Shown in pieces: positions 1 to 7,644 of a stretch of DNA of 42,521 nucleotides. The position numbers and the translations under genes are program-made. The first letter of the stretch is position 1; each line of letters begins with the position of its first letter. Under the pieces are notes generated by a model that had not been told where the DNA came from, made no database searches, and was given only the letters and a program-made list of their open reading frames with translations. Source of the stretch: a virus; IMG/VR virus record IMGVR_UViG_3300018083_000059, positions 1 through 42,521 of that record. One strand, written 5' to 3'.

Positions 1-75
1 GCGGTGCGGGTCGAGATCGAAACCATGATCCTTGAAGGCAATGCCGAAGTGCGGCCACGGCCCACCGCCGCCTGA
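1..75 (+). CDS. 3' end (partial, duplicated copy) of the small CDS annotated at 42231..42473
   Basis: In-frame continuation AVRVEIETMILEGNAEVRPRPTAA*, identical to 42399..42473. Confidence 0.5.
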   Translation, partial: AVRVEIETMILEGNAEVRPRPTAA

Positions 76-123
76 TCCCAGGAGTTTTCAATGCCACAAG
101 CTGATGACGCGCCATCTGGCAGC
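1..123. repeat. Terminal overlap copy 1 (identical to 42399-42521)
   Basis: Direct comparison of the first and last 123 nt. It spans the end of one CDS and the start of the scaffold CDS. Confidence 0.95.
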
Positions 124-1155
124 GCCAGCCCCCAGGTGTTAACTGTCAATCAAGCGGCGGATGCCATCGCCGGGCTGATGGATTCGAAGGAGCCAAAGAA
201 GGCTCCCGAGAGCAAACCGGAAGCCGACGAGGCACCGCAGTCAGAGGACGAAACGCCGTCCGAAGCCCCCGAGGGAGAGGAATCCGACGAGGACACTCCC
301 GAGCCCGAAGGGGACGACGAGGCGCCATCCGATGCAGCCGACGAAGACGAGGAAGCCACCGAGGAACTCGCCGAGGAATCCGCGCCGCCAGCCAAACTGA
401 AGTTGGATGATGGCACCGAGATCACCCTCGACGAGGCCAGGAAGGGCTACCTCCGCCAGTCGGATTACACCCGGAAGACGACGGAACTCGGCGAGAAACG
501 CCGGGAGGCCGAAGCCTTCCTTGCGCAGACCGCACAGATCGACCTTCACGCGCGGACCCTGGCCGAGCGGGCGATGCTGCTGATCCAGCAGATCGCGCCG
601 GAAAAGCCTGATCCGCGTCTCATCGAAACCGATCAATTCGCCTATCACGAGCAACGGGCCCGCTGGGAAGCCTGGAATGAATGGACGACGACACTCGAAT
701 CCGATCGTCGGAACCTCGAACACGCGGTCGTCCAGCGACACCAGCAGAACCAGCAGAACGTCGAGAGTGAGACCAAACGGCTGCGGCAGGAGGAAGCGCA
801 GAAGCTCCTCAAGCTGCGGCCGGAGCTGAAGGACCGGAAGAAGTTCGACGAGTTCCGCGGCAACCTGATGACGACGCTGCCCAAGGCGTTCGGCATTCAG
901 CCCGAGGAGATCGTCAACATCGCCGATCATCGGCTGCTGCTCGCCGCAGATGCGGCGGCCAGATATTACAAGCTCACCACCGCGGATCGTAAGAAGGCGA
1001 TTGAGAAAGGGAAGGATGCGCCGCCGGTGCAGACGCCCGGCAAGCGCACGTCGTCTGCTGAACAGCGGGCGAAGGTGAAGGGTCAGCATGTGCAGAGGCT
1101 GCGTCGGAGCGGCCGTGTGGAGGATGCCGCACGCGCCATTATGGATGACCTCTGA
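91..1155 (+). CDS. Putative scaffolding protein
   Basis: AGGAG SD before the ATG. Acidic D/E/P-rich N-terminus, helical charged remainder. Lies directly upstream of the major capsid gene. Confidence 0.55.
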   Translation: MPQADDAPSGSASPQVLTVNQAADAIAGLMDSKEPKKAPESKPEADEAPQSEDETPSEAPEGEESDEDTPEPEGDDEAPSDAADEDEEATEELAEESAPPAKLKLDDGTEITLDEARKGYLRQSDYTRKTTELGEKRREAEAFLAQTAQIDLHARTLAERAMLLIQQIAPEKPDPRLIETDQFAYHEQRARWEAWNEWTTTLESDRRNLEHAVVQRHQQNQQNVESETKRLRQEEAQKLLKLRPELKDRKKFDEFRGNLMTTLPKAFGIQPEEIVNIADHRLLLAADAAARYYKLTTADRKKAIEKGKDAPPVQTPGKRTSSAEQRAKVKGQHVQRLRRSGRVEDAARAIMDDL

Positions 1156-1167
1156 GGACACCCCTAA

Positions 1168-2130
1168 ATGACCCAGACTGTTGGCACTTATTCGACCTAT
1201 GACATCAAAGGCGCACGCGAGGATCTGCAGGACAAGATCTACATGATCTCGCCGACCGACACGCCGTTCCAGGCTAATGTCGGCACGCAAAGCGTCAAGG
1301 CCACGAAGCACGAATGGCAGACCGACGCGCTCGCCGCGGCGGCCAGCAACGCCTTCGTTGAAGGCGACGAGTTCTCCTATGCGGCGCCGGCGGCGACCGT
1401 CCGGGTGGGCAATTACACCCAGATCTCGCGGAAGACGTTCCTGATCACCGAGACCACCGAGGCGGTCGAGAAGGCCGGCCGCAAGAGCGAGGTGAGCTAC
1501 CAGCTCGCCAAGCAGGGTAAAGAAATAAAGCGGGACATCGAGACCGATCTCCTGGGCAAGAACGCCTCGGTGGCCGGCAATGACACCACCGCCCGCAAGA
1601 GTGGCGGCTTCGAGGCGTGGCTGACTTCCAACGATGCCCGCGGCGCCCTTGGCGTTCAGGGCGGCTACAATGTCGCCACTGGCGTTGTGGACACGGTGAC
1701 GGACGGCACGCAGCGCGCCTTCACCGAGGACCTGCTCAAGGACGCCCAGCAACTCGCCTTCACGAGCGGCGGCGAGCCTTCCATCCTGATGCTGGGGCCG
1801 TTCAATAAGCGTAAGTTCAGCGGCTTCACCGGCATTTCCGACCTGCGGAAGGATACGCCGGGCAAATCTCAGGCGACCATTATTGGTGCAGCGGACTACT
1901 ACACCGGAGATTTCGGGGGGCTGGCGGTGATAGTCAACCGGTTCCAGCGGGATCGCTCGGCGCTGCTGATCGATCCGGAGTATGCAAATATGGGTTGGCT
2001 TCGGCGCATGAAGCATGTGGAGCCGGCTATCATCGCCGACGCCGAGCCGCACGTGCTAATTTGTGAATGGACGCTAATAGTTGAGAATGAGGCAGCGCAC
2101 GCAATAGTTGCCGACCTTTTAACCACGTAG
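1168..2130 (+). CDS. Major capsid protein (HK97-fold type)
   Basis: 320 aa with high GC3. N-terminus (TYSTYDIKGAREDLQDKIYMISPTDTPF...) and overall pattern are typical of podovirus/P22-SU10-like coat families. Follows the scaffold gene. Confidence 0.85.
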   Translation: MTQTVGTYSTYDIKGAREDLQDKIYMISPTDTPFQANVGTQSVKATKHEWQTDALAAAASNAFVEGDEFSYAAPAATVRVGNYTQISRKTFLITETTEAVEKAGRKSEVSYQLAKQGKEIKRDIETDLLGKNASVAGNDTTARKSGGFEAWLTSNDARGALGVQGGYNVATGVVDTVTDGTQRAFTEDLLKDAQQLAFTSGGEPSILMLGPFNKRKFSGFTGISDLRKDTPGKSQATIIGAADYYTGDFGGLAVIVNRFQRDRSALLIDPEYANMGWLRRMKHVEPAIIADAEPHVLICEWTLIVENEAAHAIVADLLTT

Positions 2131-2155
2131 CGCTTCATTCAAGATATGCTATCAT

Positions 2156-2182
2156 CCGGGCCCTGCGCAAGGGAGGGCCCGG
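2156..2182 (+). promoter_or_regulatory. Perfect 9-bp hairpin sequestering the SD of the HNH gene
   Basis: CCGGGCCCT (2156-2164) pairs with AGGGCCCGG (2174-2182). GGGAGG SD at 2171-2176 and ATG at 2183 lie in or next to the right arm. Confidence 0.5.
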
Positions 2183-2773
2183 ATGGTTACTTGTTCGGTC
2201 AATGGGTGCGAGGGTCGCGTCAAGACGCGAGGCTTTTGCAACAAGCACTACATTCGGCTGCTGCGTCACGGCTCGCCGGATGTCCTCCTGTTCGTCCGTG
2301 GCTCGCTGGAGGAGCGGTTCTGGTTCCATGTCGTGAAGGGCAGGAACAAGAACGCCTGCTGGCAGTGGAAAGGCTATGTTTTGCCGACCGGGTACGCTCA
2401 GATCCAGATGGGCGGGCTAGGCTCGTCGCATATCCTTGTTCATCGTCTGAGCTACGAGATTCATTGCGGGCCGATCCCGAAGGGGATGATTGTCATGCAC
2501 AGTTGCGACAATCCCTCCTGCGCGAACCCGCGTCATCTCTCGTTAGGCACGCATCTTGATAATATGCAGGACATGTTCGCCAAGGGGCGTAACAACAATA
2601 CCGGCAGGCCGAAGGGCGAGGCGAACGGCAGGTCGGTCCTTGATGAAACCGCAGTTCGGTTTATCCGCGCCAATCAGACCATGACCTACAGGGCTATCGC
2701 GGAATCCCTCGGCGTTTCGCGTTCGGCGGTACGAGACGTCAAGGTCGGCCGCACCTGGACCCACATCACGTAA
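2183..2773 (+). CDS. HNH homing-type endonuclease (HNH_3-like core, N-terminal Cys cluster, C-terminal HTH)
   Basis: CxxxGC...GxCNKHY; HRLSYEIHCGPIPKGMIVMHSCDNPSCANPRHLSLGTHLDNMQD; C-terminal YRAIAESLGVSRSAVRDV. Paralog of 5062..5664. Confidence 0.85.
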   Translation: MVTCSVNGCEGRVKTRGFCNKHYIRLLRHGSPDVLLFVRGSLEERFWFHVVKGRNKNACWQWKGYVLPTGYAQIQMGGLGSSHILVHRLSYEIHCGPIPKGMIVMHSCDNPSCANPRHLSLGTHLDNMQDMFAKGRNNNTGRPKGEANGRSVLDETAVRFIRANQTMTYRAIAESLGVSRSAVRDVKVGRTWTHIT

Positions 2774-2819
2774 CCAGCGTTATGTCTTTGGCGGGGTAGC
2801 CACAATACCGCCAAGGGAA

Positions 2820-2858
2820 CCGCCGCTTCGGTGTCGTGGCCGGGGCGGCGGGCTTTTT
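2820..2858 (+). terminator. Putative rho-independent terminator
   Basis: CCGCCGC (2820-2826) pairs with GCGGCGG (2845-2851), followed by GC and TTTTT (2854-2858). The loop is rather large (18 nt). Confidence 0.45.
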
Positions 2859-2872
2859 CAAAGGGGACCGAC

Positions 2873-3331
2873 ATGGAAGAGAACATCGCGCACGTCGAGG
2901 ACGTGGCGGCGAAGCGGCGGGAGTCGTTGAAGCGTGCCCGAGCGGTCAGGGATGCCAACGTCGCGGCTCGCAAGGCCAATCCCCGCCAGCTCGATCTTGA
3001 GGAAGAAGCGCCAGCCCCAGCGCCGCGGGCTAAGCCGCCTGCGCAGCGAACGGTAAGGGTGCGGCTGCTCAAAGCGTATTGGCCGGGCGATGGGCGGGAG
3101 CATCCGGACGCGGCTAACCGCCTTTCCGGGCGCAAGCATCGGTTCGATGCCGGCGAGATCCTCGACCTGCCGGTGGCCGAGGCGCGGCTCCTGCTCGAGG
3201 AGCATGTGGAAAAGAGGACGGTCAGGGTGTGGGACGCCAAGATGCGGCGCTGGGTGGACCAGGACGACAGCCTGTACCGGCCGCCGGTTGCGGTGAGGGC
3301 CAACGCCTACAGCGTCGAGGACGATGCCTGA
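2873..3331 (+). CDS. Hypothetical protein (basic/charged)
   Basis: ATG at 2873 preceded by AAAGGGG. The track ORF start at 2831 lies inside the terminator hairpin, so the downstream ATG is preferred. Confidence 0.6.
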   Translation: MEENIAHVEDVAAKRRESLKRARAVRDANVAARKANPRQLDLEEEAPAPAPRAKPPAQRTVRVRLLKAYWPGDGREHPDAANRLSGRKHRFDAGEILDLPVAEARLLLEEHVEKRTVRVWDAKMRRWVDQDDSLYRPPVAVRANAYSVEDDA

Positions 3332-3951
3332 TGTTGCCTTTGAAGCTCAGCGATCTCCGCATGTTGCGGAAGGCCGTGGCTGAGGCTGGGTTGCTGCGTG
3401 AGGAGCATGCGCGCGTTGCTGCGGATGTGGTGGCGCATCGTTCCAATGTGCATCGCCTCATGGCGGCGAAGGAAAGGGTGGAAGCCGAATTGCGGGCAGT
3501 CGAGGCCAAGCGGCAAGCCGCTGAGGCATGGTTGCAGAAGGTCAATGCATCCACCGAGGCCAGGCTGCAGCAAGCCAAGGATGGGGAGGCCTCCTACCGC
3601 AAGTCGGTCGAATTGCTGAAGGCCGAGAACACCGATCTGGACAAGCGTCGGCAGGCGCTTCGTGAGGCGTATGCCCGCGACCTCGATGGCGATCCGATCA
3701 AGAACCTCAAGAAGGAACTGGCCTCGATGCAGGCCCGCATCGACCAGTGGAGGGCGAAAAACATCCAGTTGGCTTCTCAGGTCGATGTGCTGAAGCAGGC
3801 CAACGCCAGGGGGTCGAAAGCCCTTAACGAGATGACGGATCGATATGAGAATTTGAAGGACGAGGTCGAGCGACGAGGGACTGAGAAAGAGGCCAAGCTA
3901 AACCGCCGCCGTCACTTGTTCGACCGCATCATGTCGGGCGGGACCGTCTGA
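3331..3951 (+). CDS. Hypothetical coiled-coil protein
   Basis: TGATG stop/start overlap with the upstream gene. Heptad-rich charged sequence (AELRAVEAKRQAAEAWLQK..., DLDKRRQALREAY...). Confidence 0.6.
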   Translation: MLPLKLSDLRMLRKAVAEAGLLREEHARVAADVVAHRSNVHRLMAAKERVEAELRAVEAKRQAAEAWLQKVNASTEARLQQAKDGEASYRKSVELLKAENTDLDKRRQALREAYARDLDGDPIKNLKKELASMQARIDQWRAKNIQLASQVDVLKQANARGSKALNEMTDRYENLKDEVERRGTEKEAKLNRRRHLFDRIMSGGTV

Positions 3952-3953
3952 CA

Positions 3954-3974
3954 ATGGCCGGAATCCGCCATTTT
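3954..3974 (+). terminator. Weak terminator-like hairpin plus T4
   Basis: ATGG(C)CGG-aat-CCGCCAT followed by TTTT, directly after the stop at 3951. Confidence 0.35.
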
Positions 3975-4084
3975 GGCCGAAGGTCACTATTAGGCACTAA
4001 TTGGCATTAATTACCGACCGGGAATTAGTGACCGCGCTATGGCGCCTTATGGCGGCATATGGCGCTTGATTAAATCAGGAATGT
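3975..4084. promoter_or_regulatory. AT-rich structured intergenic region (candidate internal promoter or regulator binding array)
   Basis: GGTCACTA (3982) / TAGTGACC (4025) inverted repeat. Three TATGGCG copies at 4038, 4048 and 4058 (10-bp phasing). One inverted copy, CCGCCAT, at 3966. Confidence 0.4.
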
Positions 4085-4444
4085 ATGAACGACGAATATG
4101 CTGGCTGGATGCAGCGCTTCCGGCCCGGCGGCGACTATCGTTTTCACGGATGGGACGAGGTCCAGGGCATTCTATCGTGGCTGCATGTTCGTGATGATGG
4201 CGCCTGGGAGGTCGTGCAGCAGGCGATCTACGCGCCGAGCCTTTACGACATGAACAAGGAGGCCGAGGCCGACAGCAATGGGCAGCGGTTCGGCTCGGGC
4301 AAGCTGGTCGCGTCGATTCCGGTGAATATCGCCTATGCCACCGGCTTCATGGAGGCGGCCAAGGAGAAGGATCATCGCTGGATCGCCCGATTTCTAAATG
4401 ACCCAGCGCACAGATTCTTCAAACGCTTCGGAAGGAAACTCTGA
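4085..4444 (+). CDS. Hypothetical protein
   Basis: 119-aa ORF with good GC3. Stop overlaps the next start (TGATG). Confidence 0.6.
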   Translation: MNDEYAGWMQRFRPGGDYRFHGWDEVQGILSWLHVRDDGAWEVVQQAIYAPSLYDMNKEAEADSNGQRFGSGKLVASIPVNIAYATGFMEAAKEKDHRWIARFLNDPAHRFFKRFGRKL

Positions 4445-5052
4445 TGGCGTTCGGTAACTACACCGAGCTTAAGGCGACGATCGCCGAGTATGTCGGCCGC
4501 GACGATATCGACCCGCAGATCGCCGGCTTCATCGCGCTCGTCGAGACCGAGCTGAACCACGACGCCGATTTTCGCCTGGCGCAGATGCAATGGGAGGAGA
4601 CGCTGATCCTCGACCAGGACGGCGAGGCATCGCTGCCGCCTGATTTCCTTGAGCTGTATCAGGCGAGCATGGGCGGGGGCGCCAATCGGCGGGTGTTAAA
4701 ACTGGTCGACCGGTCGAACCCGTATGTGTATTGGAACTTCGGTATCACGGGGATCTGCATCGTCGACACCGGGACGATCACCGTGCCTGGCGCCGCCAAT
4801 GGGTCGGTCAACCTGCTCTATTACTCGGCCATCCCGCCGCTCAGCGACACCAATCCGACGAACTGGGTGCTGGCCGAGGCGCCGGCATTGTATTTGTATG
4901 GCGCGATAAAATCGTACACAGCTTTTAACAGAGAACCACAAGAACACATTGCGACTATTCAAATGTATGAGCAAGCTAAAGATAGCATAAAGGCTGCTGA
5001 CAGAGGCCGATGGCATTCAATGAGGGTTCGGATACCTAGTCCAACGCCCTAG
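4444..5052 (+). CDS. Putative tail tubular protein A / head-tail adaptor-like protein
   Basis: 202 aa. The N-terminus (MAFGNYTELKATIAEYVGRDDIDPQIAGFIALVETEL) recalls phage neck/adaptor families. Size and position match T7 gp11. Confidence 0.4.
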   Translation: MAFGNYTELKATIAEYVGRDDIDPQIAGFIALVETELNHDADFRLAQMQWEETLILDQDGEASLPPDFLELYQASMGGGANRRVLKLVDRSNPYVYWNFGITGICIVDTGTITVPGAANGSVNLLYYSAIPPLSDTNPTNWVLAEAPALYLYGAIKSYTAFNREPQEHIATIQMYEQAKDSIKAADRGRWHSMRVRIPSPTP

Positions 5053-5061
5053 GAGCGGTTG

Positions 5062-5664
5062 ATGGTTTGGAAAGACGTGACGTGTTCGGTCGGTGGATGC
5101 GATCGAGATGCCTATTGTCGGGGTCTATGCCAGAAGCATTATAACCGGCTCCACAAGACGGGTACGGTCACCGATCCGCCCCGGACCTATAAGCGCGGAT
5201 TGACGTTGGAACAGCGCCTGTGGGAGCACACCAAGGTCGGCGCTCCTGACGAATGCTGGGTTTGGGCTGGATCTACGAGCGAGAGCGGTTATGGCAAGCT
5301 GATTGACAGCTCTCAGGCCAAACGCCGACACCTCACGACCCATCGGGTGAGCTATGAAATCCACTATGGGCCGATCCCGCCTGGGGGGCTTGTTTGCCAC
5401 CACTGCGACAACCCTGCGTGTGTGAATCCGGCTCATCTTTTTGCCGGGATGGCCCGCGACAACTGTCTCGACATGATCGCCAAGGGGCGTGACCGGATTG
5501 TAGGCGAACGGCACAATCGCGCAAAGCTCAGAGCCGAAGATGTGAAGGCAATCCGTGCTATCGAGGGGATGTGTCAGAAGGACATCGCGGCGGCCTTTGG
5601 CATCAATCAGCCGCAGGTGTCGGCGATCCGGCGAGGCGCCGCTTGGCGGAGCCCGACGCCATGA
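5062..5664 (+). CDS. HNH homing-type endonuclease, second paralog
   Basis: AGGAG SD 6 nt before the ATG at 5062. CSVGGCDRDAYCRGLCQKHY; HRVSYEIHYGPIPPGGLVCHHCDNPACVNPAHLFAGMARDN; C-terminal HTH QKDIAAAFGINQPQVSAIRRG. Confidence 0.85.
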   Translation: MVWKDVTCSVGGCDRDAYCRGLCQKHYNRLHKTGTVTDPPRTYKRGLTLEQRLWEHTKVGAPDECWVWAGSTSESGYGKLIDSSQAKRRHLTTHRVSYEIHYGPIPPGGLVCHHCDNPACVNPAHLFAGMARDNCLDMIAKGRDRIVGERHNRAKLRAEDVKAIRAIEGMCQKDIAAAFGINQPQVSAIRRGAAWRSPTP

Positions 5665-5927
5665 CCAGCAGGCGAATCAACGTGAAGGAGGCGGCTGCAT
5701 ATCTTGGCGTCAGCAAGTCGGCGCTGGACAAGTGGCGCATGTCTCCGGAGGCCCGTGCTTATCAGCATCAGCATTATGGATGGGCGGCCACTGACGGGCC
5801 TCCATTTATCAGGATTGGCAGGCGGATCGTCTACGATACCGCCAACCTCGATCAGTGGATGGGGGTTGCACAAAACTCTGCACAAAACCCTGCACAAAAC
5901 CCTGACGTGTGGGACGTCGGGCCATGA
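5661..5927 (+). CDS. Excisionase/AlpA-type HTH DNA-binding protein
   Basis: ATGA overlap with the HNH stop. INVKEAAAYLGVSKSALDKWR...PPFIRIGRRIVYDTANLDQWM fits the HTH_17/MerR-like excisionase fold pattern. Confidence 0.65.
   Translation: MTSRRINVKEAAAYLGVSKSALDKWRMSPEARAYQHQHYGWAATDGPPFIRIGRRIVYDTANLDQWMGVAQNSAQNPAQNPDVWDVGP
5868..5903 (+). repeat. 12-bp tandem repeat x3 (GCACAAAACYCT)
   Basis: GCACAAAACTCT GCACAAAACCCT GCACAAAACCCT, encoding AQNS-AQNP-AQNP at the C-terminus of the HTH protein, 20 nt before the next start. Confidence 0.9.
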
Positions 5928-7390
5928 TGCCCTTCGGCCAGTTCGCCCCCGACGCGTTTTTGCTCGACAGCCAGCTGGCCGGGGATGCCCGCGGCGTCCT
6001 GCCGGGCGCCAATTCCTATCTGCCGTGGCCGAGCCTGGTCGCGGTTTCCAACCCGCTGCCGGCCCCCTGCTTCGGCTTCACCATGTTCCGCACCACGGCA
6101 GGCGGCTTTGGCGTCATCGCCGGCACGCAGACCAGGCTCTACCGCTACGACACCGCCGGGACGCCATGGACTGAGATCGGCAGCGGCTACAGTGTCCCGG
6201 TCGATGAGAAATGGAATTTCCAGCAGTTCGGCAACTTCATGCACATGACGAACGCCAGCAACGGGCTGCTGCAATATGACGTCGACCTTGGCGGTGCTGT
6301 CGTGCCGAATCCCGGATCGCCGCCGGCCGCCCGCTACATTGTCGCCTGGGGCGACCAGCTGATGCTTGGCGGGCTGACCAACTTCCCGAATTACATCTGG
6401 CTCAGCGGGCGCAACAATCCCGACTGGTGGGAGCTCGGCGAGATGGATTGCACACGGCAGCTCCTGCCGGATGGCGGCCGGGTCACCGGCTTGTCGCCGA
6501 TGGAAACCGGACTGATCTTCCAGGAAGGGATGGTGCGAAAAATCCTGCCGGTCGCCAATGACGCGATCTTCACCATCTCGAAGATCGAGCAATCCCGCGG
6601 CCTCGTTGCTCCGGACAGCCTCGTGATCCTGGCTAATGTCGCCTATTACCTCAGCGAAGAGGGCTGGATGGCGACCGATGGCTCGGGCGCGTCGAAGCGG
6701 ATCGGCGTCGATCGCATCGACGCCTGGTTCAAGGAAGGCTCCAACCAGTCGCGGCTTTCGGTCATCCAGGGGACCACCGACCCCGAGCGGTCGCGCATCT
6801 ACTGGATCATTCCAGGGCCCGGCAACGGCACCGACCAGACGCTTGACTTCATCCTCTGCTACGACGTCCAGGCCGACAAATGGACGGGCGCCGAGGTGCG
6901 GACGCAGGCGATCCAGGCGGCGCAGGTGCCGAGCTATACGATGGATAATCTGTCGGTACTGCTGGCCTCGATGGGCCTGGGCGACGATCTCGACCAGGTG
7001 CCGTTCAGCCTCGACAGCCGGTTTCTGGTTGCCGGCGGGACGACCATGGCGGCGTTCACCGCCGACAACCGCCTGGCGTTCTTCAACGGCCCGCCGATGA
7101 AGGCGATCATCGAGACTGCCGACTTTCAGCCGGTGCCAGGCAAGCGCGGCTTCGTCAAGGGCTGCCAGCCATTCACCGACGCGGCGGCGGCGACCATTGC
7201 GGTGGGCCGCAAGGAGCGGCCTTCCGATGCGACGGTATGGACGGCCGAGCGGCCGATCGATCGCCGCGGGTGGGCCTGGATGCGGTCGATGGGACGCATT
7301 CAGCGGGTGCGGATGACGATCCCGGCGGGGGCTGCATGGTCGCACGCGCAGGGCATAGAACTGGCCATGAAACCGGATGGAGCGAGATGA
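5924..7390 (+). CDS. Putative tail tubular protein B / nozzle-like virion protein
   Basis: 488 aa, ATGA overlap with the upstream stop. Beta-rich repetitive pattern (propeller-like). Position corresponds to T7 gp12. Confidence 0.4.
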   Translation: MMPFGQFAPDAFLLDSQLAGDARGVLPGANSYLPWPSLVAVSNPLPAPCFGFTMFRTTAGGFGVIAGTQTRLYRYDTAGTPWTEIGSGYSVPVDEKWNFQQFGNFMHMTNASNGLLQYDVDLGGAVVPNPGSPPAARYIVAWGDQLMLGGLTNFPNYIWLSGRNNPDWWELGEMDCTRQLLPDGGRVTGLSPMETGLIFQEGMVRKILPVANDAIFTISKIEQSRGLVAPDSLVILANVAYYLSEEGWMATDGSGASKRIGVDRIDAWFKEGSNQSRLSVIQGTTDPERSRIYWIIPGPGNGTDQTLDFILCYDVQADKWTGAEVRTQAIQAAQVPSYTMDNLSVLLASMGLGDDLDQVPFSLDSRFLVAGGTTMAAFTADNRLAFFNGPPMKAIIETADFQPVPGKRGFVKGCQPFTDAAAATIAVGRKERPSDATVWTAERPIDRRGWAWMRSMGRIQRVRMTIPAGAAWSHAQGIELAMKPDGAR

Positions 7391-7644
7391 CGCAGATTGT
7401 CAATCAGGGGATCAACACGTCGACCGAGGACGCGGTAAGGGATGTGCTCAAGGAGCGCATTGATCGCCTGGAGAAGCGCCCGGTGGTGCCGATGCCCGAG
7501 CGGCCGGCGCATCCGGCGAGCGGCCAGACCGTGGTGCCGCATGACTGGATCATCCGGGCCAGCATGCTCGCCGACGCGGTGCGCAGCGATAATGTCCCAT
7601 TGGCGAAGCTTGCGCTCAAGCATTGGGACGGTCGGGCTGACTAG
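7387..7644 (+). CDS. Hypothetical protein
   Basis: ATGA overlap with the upstream stop; 85 aa. Confidence 0.55.
   Translation: MTQIVNQGINTSTEDAVRDVLKERIDRLEKRPVVPMPERPAHPASGQTVVPHDWIIRASMLADAVRSDNVPLAKLALKHWDGRAD

Noticed and set aside
1-123. A true T7-style direct terminal repeat.
   Set aside because: The repeat begins and ends inside coding sequences and has no terminal non-coding features. An assembly overlap of a circular or permuted genome is more likely. This is kept as a low-interest finding with a read-level test.
241-2052. Very long antisense and alternative-frame ORFs in the track (for example 241..2052 -, 5852..7345 -, 11978..13021 -, 14096..15059 -, 30863..32200 -, 40957..42015 -).
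   Set aside because: These are typical shadow ORFs of GC-rich coding DNA. Their products are Arg/Gly/Pro/Ala low complexity. Each lies fully inside a plus-strand gene with recognisable motifs and the expected high third-position GC.
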